A stretch of DNA of 64,000 bases from an uncultured delta proteobacterium (GTDB taxonomy: Bacteria > Desulfobacterota > Desulfobacteria > Desulfobacterales > JAFDCJ01), in assembly GCA_963769935.1 (NCBI GenBank), contig CAVYNY010000009.1, positions 288,001 through 352,000 on the forward strand, in the 5' to 3' direction. Every line of letters starts with the position of its first letter. Position 1 is the first letter of the stretch. Shown one piece after another: positions 48,715 to 61,260 of this stretch. The notes beneath the pieces were generated by a model. The model saw only the letters and a list, made by a program, of their open reading frames with translations. It ran no database searches and was not told the DNA's origin. The position numbers and the translations under genes are program-made.

Positions 48715-50582
48715 TTTTTACATCTCCTTTTTTGGCAGCCGCCAGGGTGAAGTGAAAGGTGGCGCCTTTCCCCGGCTCGGACTCGAACCAGATCCGGCCG
48801 CCGTGCCGCTCGATGATTCGCTTGCAAAGCGCCAGGCCGATGCCTGTACCCGGGTATTCCCGCTGGGTATGCAGGCGCTGGAAGATCACAAAGATTTTGT
48901 CCCCGTACTTTGCATCGATGCCGATGCCGTTGTCGCGAACGGAGAAAATCAAGTTGGGGTCCTCGGCTTTGGCGGAGACGTGGATTAAGGGGGGCGACTC
49001 ACCGCGAAACTTGATGGCGTTGCCGATAAGGTTTTGGAAAACCTGGGCAAGCTGGACGGAGTCGGCCCTCACCTCCGGCAGGTTATCGTTGGTCACAATT
49101 GCCCCCGACTCGCGAATCACGGCTTCCAGGTTGACGATTGCGGCGCCCAAGGCGGAGCCGGAATCAACCGGCTCAAAGGCAGCGCCGCGCGTCCTTACCC
49201 GCGAGAAAGCCAACAGATCGTTGATTAATCGCTGCATGCGCTTGGAGCCGTCCACCGCATAGTTGATGTATTTTTTTGCCTTCTCATCCAGTTGGCCATC
49301 GTAGCGCTGCTCCAGCAGCTGGGTGTAGCTGGATACCATACGCAGAGGCTCCTGCAGGTCGTGCGAGGCCACGTAGGCAAACTGTTCCAGCTCCTTGTTC
49401 GAGCGGCCGAGTTCGGCCAGCGTCTTTTTGAGCTTCTCCTCCGCCCTCATGCGCACGGCAGCTTCTTTTATCAATTCGTCGCGGGACACCACCGTCTCTT
49501 TGAGCTGCTTGTCATCCGGTTAAACGCTCGGACAGTTCACCGATCTCATCACTCCCGGATGTCCCGACATTGTAGCCCAGATTCCCACAGCTGATCTCTT
49601 CGGTGCCTTCAACCAGGCGGCTGACCGGCCGTGTAATCGTGCGCGCGATGACTGCCCCCAGCAGGGCCGCCAATAGTGCGACAGCGATCCCGACGCCCCC
49701 AATCGTTTTCTGCAGAGCGGATATGGGGGCGAACGCCTCCGCCTGGTCGATCTCGGTTATGAGAGCCAGGTCCCAGTCCGGCATCCAATGGTAGGCGCCG
49801 ATGACCGGGACACTGCGGTAATCAGCATAAAAGCCGACCCCGTCCTTGCCGGCCAGCGCGGCCCGGACCCCTTCCGTTTGGACCGATTTTTTCAGGGCAT
49901 AGTCCCGGCCGAATCTGGGTTCGGTGATGAAGAAGTTAAACTTGTTGACCAGGTAGGTGTCCTCGGAGCGGCTCAAGTCGCTGCGCTTTCCCACGATCCC
50001 GGAAAGCTCGCTGAGATCGAGGCGCCCGGCAAGCACGGCGGCCGTTTTGCCCAAGCTGTCCATTATCGGTGTGCTGATGGTCATAGCCGGCTGCTGCAGT
50101 GTCATGGCATAATAGACATTTTGGATAAAGGTACGATTTCTGCCGTTTTTAAAAAAAGATTGATCATCCAGGTATTTTCCTACTTGCCGTTTGTCGGTGG
50201 AAATAAGAAGCCGCCCGCTGCCGGCCTCCAGAATGAACACTTCAAAAAATCCCGACCCCTTGACGACCGGCAGCAGATAATCTGCCACGATGCCTGTAAG
50301 TTCGGCCGTCTGTGTCGGGTTGGAGGCGTCATAGGCTTCTAATTTGCCGGCCAGGTCTTTCTTAAGAAAGGGACGATTTGCCAGGATCTCCAGGGTGCGA
50401 ACGTTGTCGCGCACCCATCTTTCGAACTCGGCCTCCTTGTAAATGTTGGTGGAGATCAGGTGGTTGATGGTCTGCTGCTCGATGGTGGTCCGGCTGTTGC
50501 GGTAAGACAGCCAGCCGACAGTGAAGATCGGGACTACAGAAAACAGGATAAAGAACAGCGACAGCTTGGCGGCCAGTTTCAT
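48668..50582 (-). CDS. Cache-HAMP sensor histidine kinase (Cph1-type kinase core); indels at ~49505-49530
   Basis: TM-Cache-TM-HAMP ORF continues into [29 protein letters not shown]. Confidence 0.85.
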
Positions 50583-51589
50583 TGCGTGTTGCCTCCATAT
50601 ATCGCCTCTAAAAACTGCATCGTGTAAACCTGGCTCACATCAGGAAGCGGTGAGGGCAGGATTCCCTGTTCCAACAAAATGCGGTGCATTTCTTGCCAGC
50701 GGTCGGCTTTCATCCAGCCGATCTGATCTTCGCCGGTGTGCACCAGCGGAAGGAGGGCTTCCATCATTGCTGTTTGGAGCTCGGCATTGGGGTTGCGGGC
50801 ATACTTAAGAGTAGCGGCTGCGGCGGACTCGGGATCACCGACGGCATCGCGCCAGCCCTTCAGGGTGGCTCGCAAAAATCGTAGTACAAGCTTCGGTTTT
50901 TGGGTGATCATCTGTTCGTTTGTCACCAGGGTGTCGGAATAAAAGCGCACCCCGTAGTCACCCGGCCAGACAAGGTTGAGTTTATAGCCCTTTTGGCGCA
51001 TTCTGATGACGCCGCCGGTAATATAAGCCGGCGTGACATCCACCCGGCTGCTGTAAAAGCTCTCGTACTCCGGATCGTACGGAACAACGTTGACCTTGGA
51101 TGCGTCCAGCCCGAGCTCTTTCATCATTGCGTAAAACTGAAATTGCAAATCCTGGATGGCGCCGCCGGTGCCGCCGACGGCGATGATCTTGCCGGTAAAA
51201 TCTGCCGGGCGGACGAGGCCGGAATCGGCCATGGAGACAAATACCACCGCGCTGCGCCGGTAAAGTGCGGCAATAGCGGTAACGGGCTTCCCCTGGCTGC
51301 GTTTTTTCAAAACATTTTCCGGTGCCACCACGGCGAAATCGGCCTGCCCGGAAATAACCGGCTTGACGATGTCGATGCCATATCCACCTTCCAGAAAGTT
51401 GACTTTAAGATTTTCTGCCGCATAGTAGCCTTTTTCCTGCGCGACATAAAAACCGGCAAACTGGGCCTGGTGAAACCATTTCAACTGCACCGTCACCTCA
51501 TCCGGCGGCTTTTGATCCTGTGGTTTAGCGCAGGCCACGGTAACGGCGGACAGCAGCAGTATTAAAAGCGTTCGCATGATAATGCGCAT
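50579..51589 (-). CDS. NMT1/THI5-like ABC substrate-binding lipoprotein
   Basis: Lipobox VAC, QLKWFHQAQFAGFYVAQEKGYY, FLRATLKGW. Confidence 0.9.
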   Translation of the reverse strand: MRIIMRTLLILLLSAVTVACAKPQDQKPPDEVTVQLKWFHQAQFAGFYVAQEKGYYAAENLKVNFLEGGYGIDIVKPVISGQADFAVVAPENVLKKRSQGKPVTAIAALYRRSAVVFVSMADSGLVRPADFTGKIIAVGGTGGAIQDLQFQFYAMMKELGLDASKVNVVPYDPEYESFYSSRVDVTPAYITGGVIRMRQKGYKLNLVWPGDYGVRFYSDTLVTNEQMITQKPKLVLRFLRATLKGWRDAVGDPESAAAATLKYARNPNAELQTAMMEALLPLVHTGEDQIGWMKADRWQEMHRILLEQGILPSPLPDVSQVYTMQFLEAIYGGNTQ

Positions 51590-52025
51590 TTTAGGGCTCC
51601 CTTTATACGATTTACGAAATCACGTTCGATTGAGTTAAACATCTGGTTTGAACACAGCGAAGGCTGGTGTGCGGAGAGCCCGCTGTAGAAAGCGGAGGTC
51701 ATCAGCGGCAGCGGATAGGCCGGCACAAATCCGAGCGTCATGCGATACCGATGGATTCCCCAAGCCAATTTCGAAATCAAACCAATGATCTTGAGAACAC
51801 TTATTTGTAATGGCGGTCAACAACCAAACAAGAACTATAAATATCATTTTTTCCCGGTCGGCTCATCAGACCACAATGATCCTGCGGCACCCCTGAGCCG
51901 CATCAAGGTGGATATAACTTCGCGATGGCGACCCATTTTTAATAGTTCGATATTATTAATAATTATAAGCTTCAACGCTATGAATAGGAAAGAGGGGTTT
52001 TTATGGTAGATTTTGGGTATAAAAA

Positions 52026-54199
52026 CTACCCATTAAGGTTGGATAGAAGATAAGCCCGGAGATTCTTCGCCTTGTTTTGGATGCCGATTTTCTTGCGGAT
52101 ATTCTTGCGATGCGTATTAATCGTCTGCCAGGAAAGGTTCAGCAGTTCGCTGATTTCCTTGGAGGTTTTGCCCTGCATCACCAGGTTGGCGACCTGCAGC
52201 TGCATGTGGGTCAACTTATAATGCCTGGAGGACAGCTTATCGGCATAACGGCATCACAACTTCCTTTAAATTTGTATCCGCGATGTCCAAATAAGACTTT
52301 TGCCTTTTTGATAAACGGCTCTTTTTGAGCTTTTCGAGATACGGTTCGACGAGTTCCTTGATGTTGGCCAGCAATTGTTCTTTAAGTTTTTCGCGGTCCT
52401 CCTCTCTTTTTTTCAACAGAACGCGCAAGGTGGTGTTGATGTCTTCAAGCTCCGCGGTTTTGTCCTGCAACTCCCTCTCCCTTTTTTTCAACAAACTTTC
52501 CTTCTCCCTGAGGTCGGTGACGTCGCAAAGCAGTCCGAATACTCTCACCGGCTTGCCTTCCGCATCATACCCGGGTTCCGCAATCGAATGCACAACCCGC
52601 TGCGATCCGTCGGGACGCAAATATACAGATACTCCAAATCCACCTTTTCTCCGGTGCTTATTGCCGTTTCGATGGCATTTTTAAGCATGTCGCGATCTTG
52701 CGGATGGACCAAATGCATAAAATGTTTCCAGGTAGGTTTAAATTGAGCCGGATCCTGTCCGAAAATGCGATACGTTCCTTTTGACCAGGCGGCTGTATTT
52801 TCGATCAAATTTCGATCCCAGTGGCCGAATTGTCCGATTTCCTCGGCTCGAAGGTGCCGCATCTCTCTATCCTGCAGCATCTTTTCCGCCAGTTTTTCCT
52901 TGGTAATATCTAGATGCGCTACCACCACCCGTGGAGAATCACCGTCCATAAACCGGGTTGCCCGCATGTTGAACCAGCGTTTTTCAGTGGGACTGTGACA
53001 CGGATAATCCAAGAGTAAAGACATCCTGCCGAAAATCCAAAAGCGCCTTAAGCCCGTTCAATGCCTCCTGCGCCAAGGGTGCATCTTCACCCTCGGCGGA
53101 TTCGCAAACCTTCAAATAATTTGTCCCCAGGCCATGGTCGGATAGATTCAGCTGGTTGGCTTCAGCAAAGCGGCGCCAGGCCTCATTTACAAAAATAATC
53201 ACTCCCGATTCATCCAGGATGGCGATATGGGACCGCAATGCATTGATGGTTGATTGCAGAAAGCGTTCCGACCGGTAAAGCGCCTCCTCCTGCCGTTTTT
53301 GTTCGGATACATCCCGGACAAAAACTGAAATTCCCTGTTTTGTGGGATAAGTACTGATATCAAAAATACGCGGCCTGTCTTTTATGCGGAATTCAGCTGA
53401 GATGTTCCGAGGCCGTTTAGTTTTCAACACCTTCAGATAAATATCTTCGATGGCGGTTCCTTTAATTTTGGGGAAAATTTCGTAAAGGGATTTACCCAAC
53501 GCCTTGACGGCTGGAATCCCCGTCAGTTTCTCGGATGCTCGGTTCCAATAGGTGTATCTCAGATTCGAATCCAATGAAAAAAATACGTCGGCAATGCTTT
53601 CGGCAAGTTCCCTGAACTGGGCTTCACCGGCTCGCAGAGCCTGCTCCAGCTTTCGCTGTTTATCAATCTCTTGCTTGAGATGCGCATTGATCTTTTGTAG
53701 TTCAATCTCACGCGCTTCATCCAGTTTCTCGAGATGCCGGTCGTGCCTTTCCAATTCCCCCATCATGTGCTTTTGATCACTGATATCAAGTATATGGACG
53801 GCCCGGTACAACACCTTGCCGGTGTCATCTTTGACCGCCGTGGCATCCACCAGCACCGGAAAAACGGAGCCATCCTTGCGAATGTGCATCGATTCATAGA
53901 TGTGATAACCCTTTTCATGAATAATACGCGTGTAATACGGTAATTTTTCCCGCTCCGCGGGAGCAATAACATCAGCAATCGGCCGCCCGCTGAGTTCCTC
54001 TTCAGTATAGCCGTGCATGCGCGCAAAGGCAGGATTCATCAATTCCAAAGCGGTGCCGTCGGCACTGAGGACAACGACTCCCCACGCGATACCTTTATTC
54101 CTCTCGAAACCTTTGACTGGTGCATCCATCGGTGAATTGACTGGATATCGGCTGCTTTTTTTTGACAGCGTCTTCCGGACTGCTATAATTGGTTTTCAT
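52026..54199 (-). CDS. MultiPAS LuxR-type transcriptional regulator; several frameshifts
   Basis: Consecutive ORFs with PAS repeats, coiled coil and GKTSKEISELLNLSWQTINTHRKNIRKK HTH. Confidence 0.8.
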
Positions 54200-54639
54200 G
54201 GCCTGAAATCGCCGGTCCAGCTTGTACGGGCATGCCCGGCAAGTATCCTCGGTTATTAATATTTTTAATTAATGGTGTCGCAACCGTACCCTTGGATTAA
54301 AATTCTAAAATCGCGATCGATTCATGCCTCGTGATTAAATTCGCAGGGTGAAGCCAGTGTAAGAGGAATCCGGAGAGGTCGAAATAACCCATGAGGTGAA
54401 TATACCTAAGAATAATCACATTAACTAATTGGGCAAGATAAGAATAATCCCACCGGACAGGCAATGGTTTACGTTCGACCGGCATTCGCCCGCAACAGCA
54501 TCCGACTTAAATTCCGCCGTCTCACAAGCATTCCTTAATTCCGGACCTGATCAGATAACCGATATGCAAAAACTGGAATATTTCACTTAAGTTAAAAAAA
54601 TCTTAGCCAATAATAAACCTTGGAAGGAAACCTGGGAAA

Positions 54640-57417
54640 ATGTCCCGAATTTTGGGTCGTTGATGATGAGCACGGAGTACGGAAGTTACTGCAGGATATC
54701 CTTGCAATCAAAAGGATACGAATGCATGACAGCAGGCGACACCGCTGAGGCACGCAATTTACTGAACGATCATCAAATCGATCTGGTTCTATGCGATATT
54801 CATATGCCCGGCGAATCCGGCCTGGATTTTCTGCGCAATATCCTGCCGGAGTATCCGGAGACAGCCGCGATGATCATAACCGGAGACAGCGACAAACAAA
54901 TGGTCGACGCGGCACTGAAGATCGGCGTTTATGACTACATCGATAAGCCCATCGAGCGCGATCGACTCCTGATCAGCGTTGCCAACGCCCTGCATCGTCG
55001 CGAGCTCGAGATTCAAGGCCGCCTTTATCAGAACCGGCTCGAAGAAGAAATCGCCCACCGGACTCAAGCTTTTCAGGAAAGTGAGGAGCGCTTTCGATCC
55101 CTTTTTGAAAACTCTAAAGATATCATATTTATTTTCTCAAGAGACGGCCGGCTTTTAGAAATCAACGAGGCGGGACTGGAGCTTTTCGGGTACAGCAAGG
55201 AAGAAACAAGAACCCTGTCGGCCACGGACTTTTTCCAGAAATCGATCCGATTTTAACATGCTCTTCAGAAAAATAAGAAGGGACGGATTTGTCAAAGATT
55301 TCTTTAATGATATCAAATGCAAGGACGGAAGGTTGGTTCCGACGATTATCACGGTGTCGACCCGGCGCGACGGCACCGGCAATATAATAGAATTTCAGGG
55401 AATTTTAAGAGATATCACCCGCGAAAGAAAGTCCCGTAAAAAACTAAAGGCCAGCGAAGCCAAATATCGTGAACTGGTTCAAAGCGCCAATTCGATCATT
55501 CTGAAACTGGATACCGCCGGGCGTGTGACATTTATCAACGATTTCGCCCAGCATTTCTTTGGCTATTCCGAGACTGAAATTCTCAACCAATCCGCCATCG
55601 GAACAATAGTGCCGGCCATGGATTCCGACGGCCTCGACCAGGCGGCTATGGTAAAGGGTCTTGTTCTTGATCCGGAAAAAACAACCATTAATGAAAATGA
55701 GAATATGCGGCGCAACGGTGAACGGATTTGGGTATCGTGGACCAACAAGCCAATCCTCTCCGATCAGGGTGAGATCACCGGCATTCTGTGCATTGGACAG
55801 GATATCACCGAACGGAAAGGGCCGTCCAGGCCCTGCACCGCAACTATGATTTTTTGCAGCAGCTGATCGATAAAATTCCAAGTGCCATTTACTATAAAGA
55901 TGTCGACGGGATCTACGGTCTGTGCAATACAACCTTCGAAGCGGCTGTCGGATTACCCAAAACCGAAATCATAGGTAAAACGATTTTTGACCTTGTCCCC
56001 AAGGAGTTGGCCGATACATATAGCGCGTTCGATAAGGAGCTGCTGTAGCAAACCGGGGACCCAATCCTATGAAGGCCGGATCGAAGTATGCAGCGGCCGG
56101 AAATACGATGTCATAATCAATAAAGCGACGATCACAAATGATGCGGGTATACCGATAGGCATCGTCGGCGTTATACAGGATATCACCGAACGCAAACGGG
56201 CTGAAAATGAGCGTATTCAACTATCCACCGCAATTGCTCAGGCAGACGAAATGTTTCTTGTAACCGATGTCGAGGGCCTGATTGTGTATGTCAACCCGGC
56301 TTTCGAAAAGTACACCGGCTATCGTCGCCGGGAGGTCATTGGGCAGACTCCCCGCCTTCTGAAAAGCGGCAAACAGGATGACGCGTTTTACGAATCGATG
56401 TGGAATGAACTCCTCAGTGGACGAGTCTGGTCGGGGCATTTGACCAGCCGCAAAAAGGACGGCACTTTTTTGGAAGAAGAAGTTCGCATCTCGCCGATTC
56501 GGGATCAGGCCGGCAAAATTGTCAACTTTGTCGCCATCAGACGGGACGTCACCAAGCAGATGGCCATGGAGCGGCAGCTGCGGCAAGCTCAACGGATCGA
56601 AGCCATCGGCTCCCTGGCAAGCGGAATTGCGCACGAAATTAACACACCCATCCAATATGTGCTTTATAATACACGTTTTTTGCAGGAAAAATTTGCAGAG
56701 TTGAACCCGCTTTTCGATCGAATTAGAGAACTCATCCAAGCGAGTGAAAGCACCGAACAGATGGTGGCCCTACTGAATGAAATCGGGGAATTTGCCGACA
56801 AAATCGATTTGAATTTTATTCGAGCAGAAATTCCGCCGGCCATTGAGCAGACCTTAGAAGGTGCCGACCGGGTGGCGGATATTGTACGGTCCATGAAGGA
56901 ATTTTCACATCCGGGATCCGATAATAAATCTATGGTGGATCTGAACAAGGCCATCCAAAGCACCATCACTGTGGCACGCAACGAATGGAAGTACGTGGCT
57001 GAGTTGGAAACCGACCTGGATCCCGACTTACCGCTGGTACCCTGCTTTCCCGGTGATTTTAATCAGGTTCTATTAAACCTGATCCTAAATGCGACCCATG
57101 CGATCGCCGATGTGGTGGGTGATGGTTCCGAAAAAAAGGGATTAATTTCCATCCAGACCAGGCGGAATAACGGTTGGGCCGAAATCCGGGTGGCCGACAG
57201 CGGCACGGGTATTGCTGAAGAGAATCGGGCGCGTATCTTCGATCCATTTTTTACTACCAAAGAGGTCGGACGCGGCACAGGCCAGGGATTGGCCATAAGC
57301 CACGCGGTCATCGTCGAAAAACACTGCGGGATGTTAAGTTTTGAGACCGAAATCGGTAAAGGCACGACTTTTCAAATTCAGCTGCCGCTTGAAGAAAAAA
57401 TAGAAGCACCCAGGTAA
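54640..57417 (+). CDS. Receiver-multiPAS histidine kinase, paralog of 39920-42323; multiple frameshifts
   Basis: MSRILVVDDE reconstructable; SEAKYRELVQSANSIILKLDTAGRVTFIN and AHEINTPIQYVLYNTRFLQEKF shared with paralog. Confidence 0.82.
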
Positions 57418-57555
57418 GGATAAAATCTTTAAAGGCCACGGTCAATCCTGTCTGCTCCCTGACGGAGCGGGAATAACCTGCTCAACTCATTCTGCAGGAA
57501 AGAGTTGACCTTGCCGCGATGAATTTATCCGGACGATTTCAGAAGGAAAAAATCC

Positions 57556-58719
57556 ATGACGAATCGAGTCCTATTTGTTGATGATGAGCCCAATGTATTG
57601 CATGCAATTCGGCGTCAATTGGGCTGCAAATTTAAGCTTGAGACGGCCATCGGCCCTCAGGAGGGCCTGGCAGCCGTCACCGAAAAAGGGCCGTATGCCG
57701 TGGTTGTATCCGACTTGCGAATGCCGCTGATGGACGGCAATCAATTTCTGTCTAAGGTGCGCGAGATAGCGCCGGATACGGTTCGCACGATGCTGACGGG
57801 CAATGCGGATCTGAATGCCGCCATTGCAGCCGTCAACGAAGGCAATGTATTCCGCTTTCTGACCAAACCCTGCGCCGAAAATGAGCTGATCTCGGTTTTG
57901 ACGATCGGGCTTGAACAATATCGCCTTATCACGGCCGAAAAGGAACTGCTGGAAAAAACCGTTAAAGGCAGCATCGAGGTCATGACCGATCTTTTGTCCA
58001 TGTCCAACCCGGAGGCATTCGGCAGATCTCTGCGAGTTAAGCGTTATGCGACCGAAATAGCGAAAAGTTTGGAAATTTCAAATATATGGCTGCTTGAAAC
58101 TGCCGTAATGCTTTCCCAGATAGGTTTTTTTCTTTTGCCGTCCCATACGCTGCAAAGGCTCTATCAACGCAAGTCGCTAACCGCCAAGGAGATCAAGACC
58201 CTGAATATGAACCCCATGATTTCAGCGGACTTGATTAACAACATCCCGCGCATGGAGGACGTGGCCGAGATTATTCTGTACCAGGACAAGCACTTTGACG
58301 GCACCGGCCAACCGGAAGACAAATGCCGGGCAGAGGCCATTCCAGTCGGGTCAAGAATCCTCAAAGTAGCCTTGGATTTCGATTTATTGGAAATACAGGG
58401 AACGACCCGCGGCAAGGCCTTGTCTGAACTCAAAAATCGATCCGGTTGGTATGATCCTGAGGTTCTTGAGGAACTGGAGAAGGTGATCGGAATTGAACAC
58501 AATCTTCAAATGAAATCGATCAAGGTTTCACGACTGAGATCGCACATGATCCTGGATGAAGACGTCCACTCGATCACGGGCCAGTTACTCATTTCCAAGG
58601 GACAGGAACTGAATGAAGCGGCGCTCAATCGTTTGATGCATTTCCATAAAAATTCAGGAATCCGCGAACCTGTGCGGGTCTTGGTCGGCGCTCAACCCGA
58701 AGGTAAAGAAAATAAATGA
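57556..58719 (+). CDS. Receiver plus degenerate HD-GYP-like domain, paralog of 37506-38681
   Basis: Near-colinear similarity along its length. Confidence 0.9.
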   Translation: MTNRVLFVDDEPNVLHAIRRQLGCKFKLETAIGPQEGLAAVTEKGPYAVVVSDLRMPLMDGNQFLSKVREIAPDTVRTMLTGNADLNAAIAAVNEGNVFRFLTKPCAENELISVLTIGLEQYRLITAEKELLEKTVKGSIEVMTDLLSMSNPEAFGRSLRVKRYATEIAKSLEISNIWLLETAVMLSQIGFFLLPSHTLQRLYQRKSLTAKEIKTLNMNPMISADLINNIPRMEDVAEIILYQDKHFDGTGQPEDKCRAEAIPVGSRILKVALDFDLLEIQGTTRGKALSELKNRSGWYDPEVLEELEKVIGIEHNLQMKSIKVSRLRSHMILDEDVHSITGQLLISKGQELNEAALNRLMHFHKNSGIREPVRVLVGAQPEGKENK

Positions 58720-58908
58720 TACACAGCCCGGCTTGGCGAGGACGTTCCTATTATTCCGGGTTTGGAGTATATATAGTATTTATGCGCCCGCCTAAAGTAA
58801 TCCATGTCGAAATAGAATAAAATTTGCTCGCCCAGGCAGGTATCCCCGCAGCGTCGGCTCGGACAGGGAGCATGGCGACTTCCCAAGCGGACTAGGCCCT
58901 GCTCCGGC

Positions 58909-61206
58909 CTAAAGGTCCAAAACTTCCCGGACCGTTCGGGCCAGGCTTTTTGGGGTGAATGGTTTCTGGATAAAATTGACATCGCGATCCAAGATGCCGT
59001 GATGGGCGATGATATTGTCCGTATAGCCCGACATGTAAAGCACCTTCAGCTTCGCCCGCTCCTTAGTGATTTGCTCCGCCAGTCGACGCCCGCTTGTCTC
59101 AGGCATGACCACATCGGTCAGCAGCAAATCAATGACCCCGGTATGCCGGCGGCTCACCGCCAGGGCCTCTTCACCGCTTCGCGTATCCAAAACGGTGTAG
59201 CCATAGCTCTGCAGCGCCGTGCGGGTCAATTTTCGAACCGCATCATCATCCTCGGCAATGAGGATGGTCTCCGAGCCGGATGCAGCCTTATCTTCAGCCG
59301 GTTTTCGCTGCAGCGGCTCCGCATCCTGTTCGATCCTGGGCAGATAGATCTTGAAGGCCGCGCCTTGGCCGGGCTCGCTGTAAACCCAGATATAACCGCC
59401 GCTTTGTTTGACGATCCCGTAGACCGTGGCCAATCCCAGGCCGGTGCCCTTGCCTTTTTCCTTAGTGGTGAAAAACGGTTCAAAGATCTTGGCTGAAATC
59501 TCTTTATCCATTCCAACACCGGTGTCGCTGACGGCCAACATGACATAGGAGCCGGGCTCCAATTCAATTCCATGCTGGTACGCATAGGTTTCATCCAAAA
59601 ACACATTCTGGGTCTCAATCGTCAGCTTGCCGCCTTGGGGCATCGCATCTCGGGCATTGACGGCCAGATTCATTACCACCTGCTCGATCTGCCCGGGGTC
59701 CGCCTTTACTCGGCCCAGGTTGGGACTGAGTGCTGTTCTCAGCTCAATATCTTCACCAATGAGCCGCCCGAGCATCTTTTCAAAGTCGAACAATATATGG
59801 TTGAGATCCAAAACTTTCGGCCGCATCACCTGTTTACGGCTGAAGGCCAAAAGCTGCCGGGTAAGAATGGTTGCGCGCTGGCCGGCCTTATATATTTCAT
59901 CCAGCTTTTCCCTGACCGGGTGGTCCCGTTCGAGTTTTTCTAAAATGAGTTCGGAAAACCCGATCACGACCGACATCAGGTTATTAAGATCGTGAGCAAC
60001 CCCGCCGGCAAGCCGGCCGACCGCTTCCATCTTCTGCGACTGGAAAAACTGCTCTTCGATCTTCTTCTGCTCCGTCAAGTCTTCATAAATGACAAGTTGT
60101 TCGCCGGCCTCCGTTCCCACTGAAAAAAATTTAATAATTTTTTGCGAACCGTCTTTGCAGGTTACCGTAAATGTCTGGGGGACCATCTTAGCAGTATCCG
60201 AATCCGCATGGTAGGAAACCCATGAGGCTATCACCTGCTTCCTGTAACCTTCGTCCGGAAAGGCATTTCTGAACCAATCGCCGCCGGTAGGCACTTCCTC
60301 CAGGGTATATCCGAAAAGCTCACTGAATCGCGGGTTGATGTATTGGTAGGCACCCTCTTTTCCGATAATGGACAGCCCCAATGGTGATTCCTCTACCAGC
60401 AGGCGAAATTTTTCCTGTTCCATCCGCAGCGCTTCCTGCGCCTCCCGCTCAAGGGTCCGATCGCGAAAAACCAGAACAACGCCCATGATCGCCTGGGCCG
60501 TGTCCCTGATCGGTGCGCCGCTGTCGGCGATTGGTATTTGTTTTCCGGTTCGGGAAATGAGGATCGTGTGATTGGCCAGTCCCACTATCGCCCCCTCTCT
60601 TAAGACCCTTTGCACCGGGTTGTCGCAGGCTTCGCGGCTGTATTCATTCACTATATGAAAGATCTCCGACAGCGGCTTGCCGATAGCTTCATCCTGCTGC
60701 CAGCCCGTCAATCTTTCGGCCGTTGGGTTCAGAAAGCTGACGATGCCCTGGGGATCGGTGGCGATTACCCCATCGCCGACGCTTTTTAAAGTGGTGGCAA
60801 ACCATTCTTGGCTCTCTTTTAATTTACGATCCATCCGGTGTTTGTAGAGTGCAATTTCAACGGCAACTTTCAGCTCTTTTTCAGCAAAAGGCTTAACGAT
60901 ATAGCCGTACGGTTCTGTCTTCATTGCCCGCTGCAGGATATCTTCGTCGGCATAGGCTGTAAGATACACAACCGGTAAATTCAGCTGATCCTTTAATACC
61001 CCTGCGGCCTCGATTCCGTTCATTTTGCCTTTGAGCATAATATCCATCATCACCAGACCGGGTCTCATTTCCGCTGCCGTTGCGGCGACTTCTTCACCGG
61101 ACGGAATAATTGCACAGACATCATACCCCATCTTGTTTAGGCTGAGCTTAATGTCTTCTGCAACAATCCGATTGTCTTCAACGATCAGAATATTTTCCTT
61201 GAACAT
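58909..61206 (-). CDS. Receiver-PAS-PAS hybrid histidine kinase
   Basis: [26 protein letters not shown]-terminal receiver. Confidence 0.93.
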   Translation of the reverse strand: MFKENILIVEDNRIVAEDIKLSLNKMGYDVCAIIPSGEEVAATAAEMRPGLVMMDIMLKGKMNGIEAAGVLKDQLNLPVVYLTAYADEDILQRAMKTEPYGYIVKPFAEKELKVAVEIALYKHRMDRKLKESQEWFATTLKSVGDGVIATDPQGIVSFLNPTAERLTGWQQDEAIGKPLSEIFHIVNEYSREACDNPVQRVLREGAIVGLANHTILISRTGKQIPIADSGAPIRDTAQAIMGVVLVFRDRTLEREAQEALRMEQEKFRLLVEESPLGLSIIGKEGAYQYINPRFSELFGYTLEEVPTGGDWFRNAFPDEGYRKQVIASWVSYHADSDTAKMVPQTFTVTCKDGSQKIIKFFSVGTEAGEQLVIYEDLTEQKKIEEQFFQSQKMEAVGRLAGGVAHDLNNLMSVVIGFSELILEKLERDHPVREKLDEIYKAGQRATILTRQLLAFSRKQVMRPKVLDLNHILFDFEKMLGRLIGEDIELRTALSPNLGRVKADPGQIEQVVMNLAVNARDAMPQGGKLTIETQNVFLDETYAYQHGIELEPGSYVMLAVSDTGVGMDKEISAKIFEPFFTTKEKGKGTGLGLATVYGIVKQSGGYIWVYSEPGQGAAFKIYLPRIEQDAEPLQRKPAEDKAASGSETILIAEDDDAVRKLTRTALQSYGYTVLDTRSGEEALAVSRRHTGVIDLLLTDVVMPETSGRRLAEQITKERAKLKVLYMSGYTDNIIAHHGILDRDVNFIQKPFTPKSLARTVREVLDL

Positions 61207-61260
61207 TATATTACTCCCCGGAAATCATGCTCGGGTACTAACAGAGCATGCTAGGTTGGC

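Noticed and set aside
51562..52009. Possible small membrane-protein remnant
   Set aside because: Fragments in different frames without a recognisable family; cannot be supported
56045..56048. TAG in the second PAS kinase as recoding
   Set aside because: Comparison with the paralog shows a 1-bp insertion shifting the frame, not an in-frame amber
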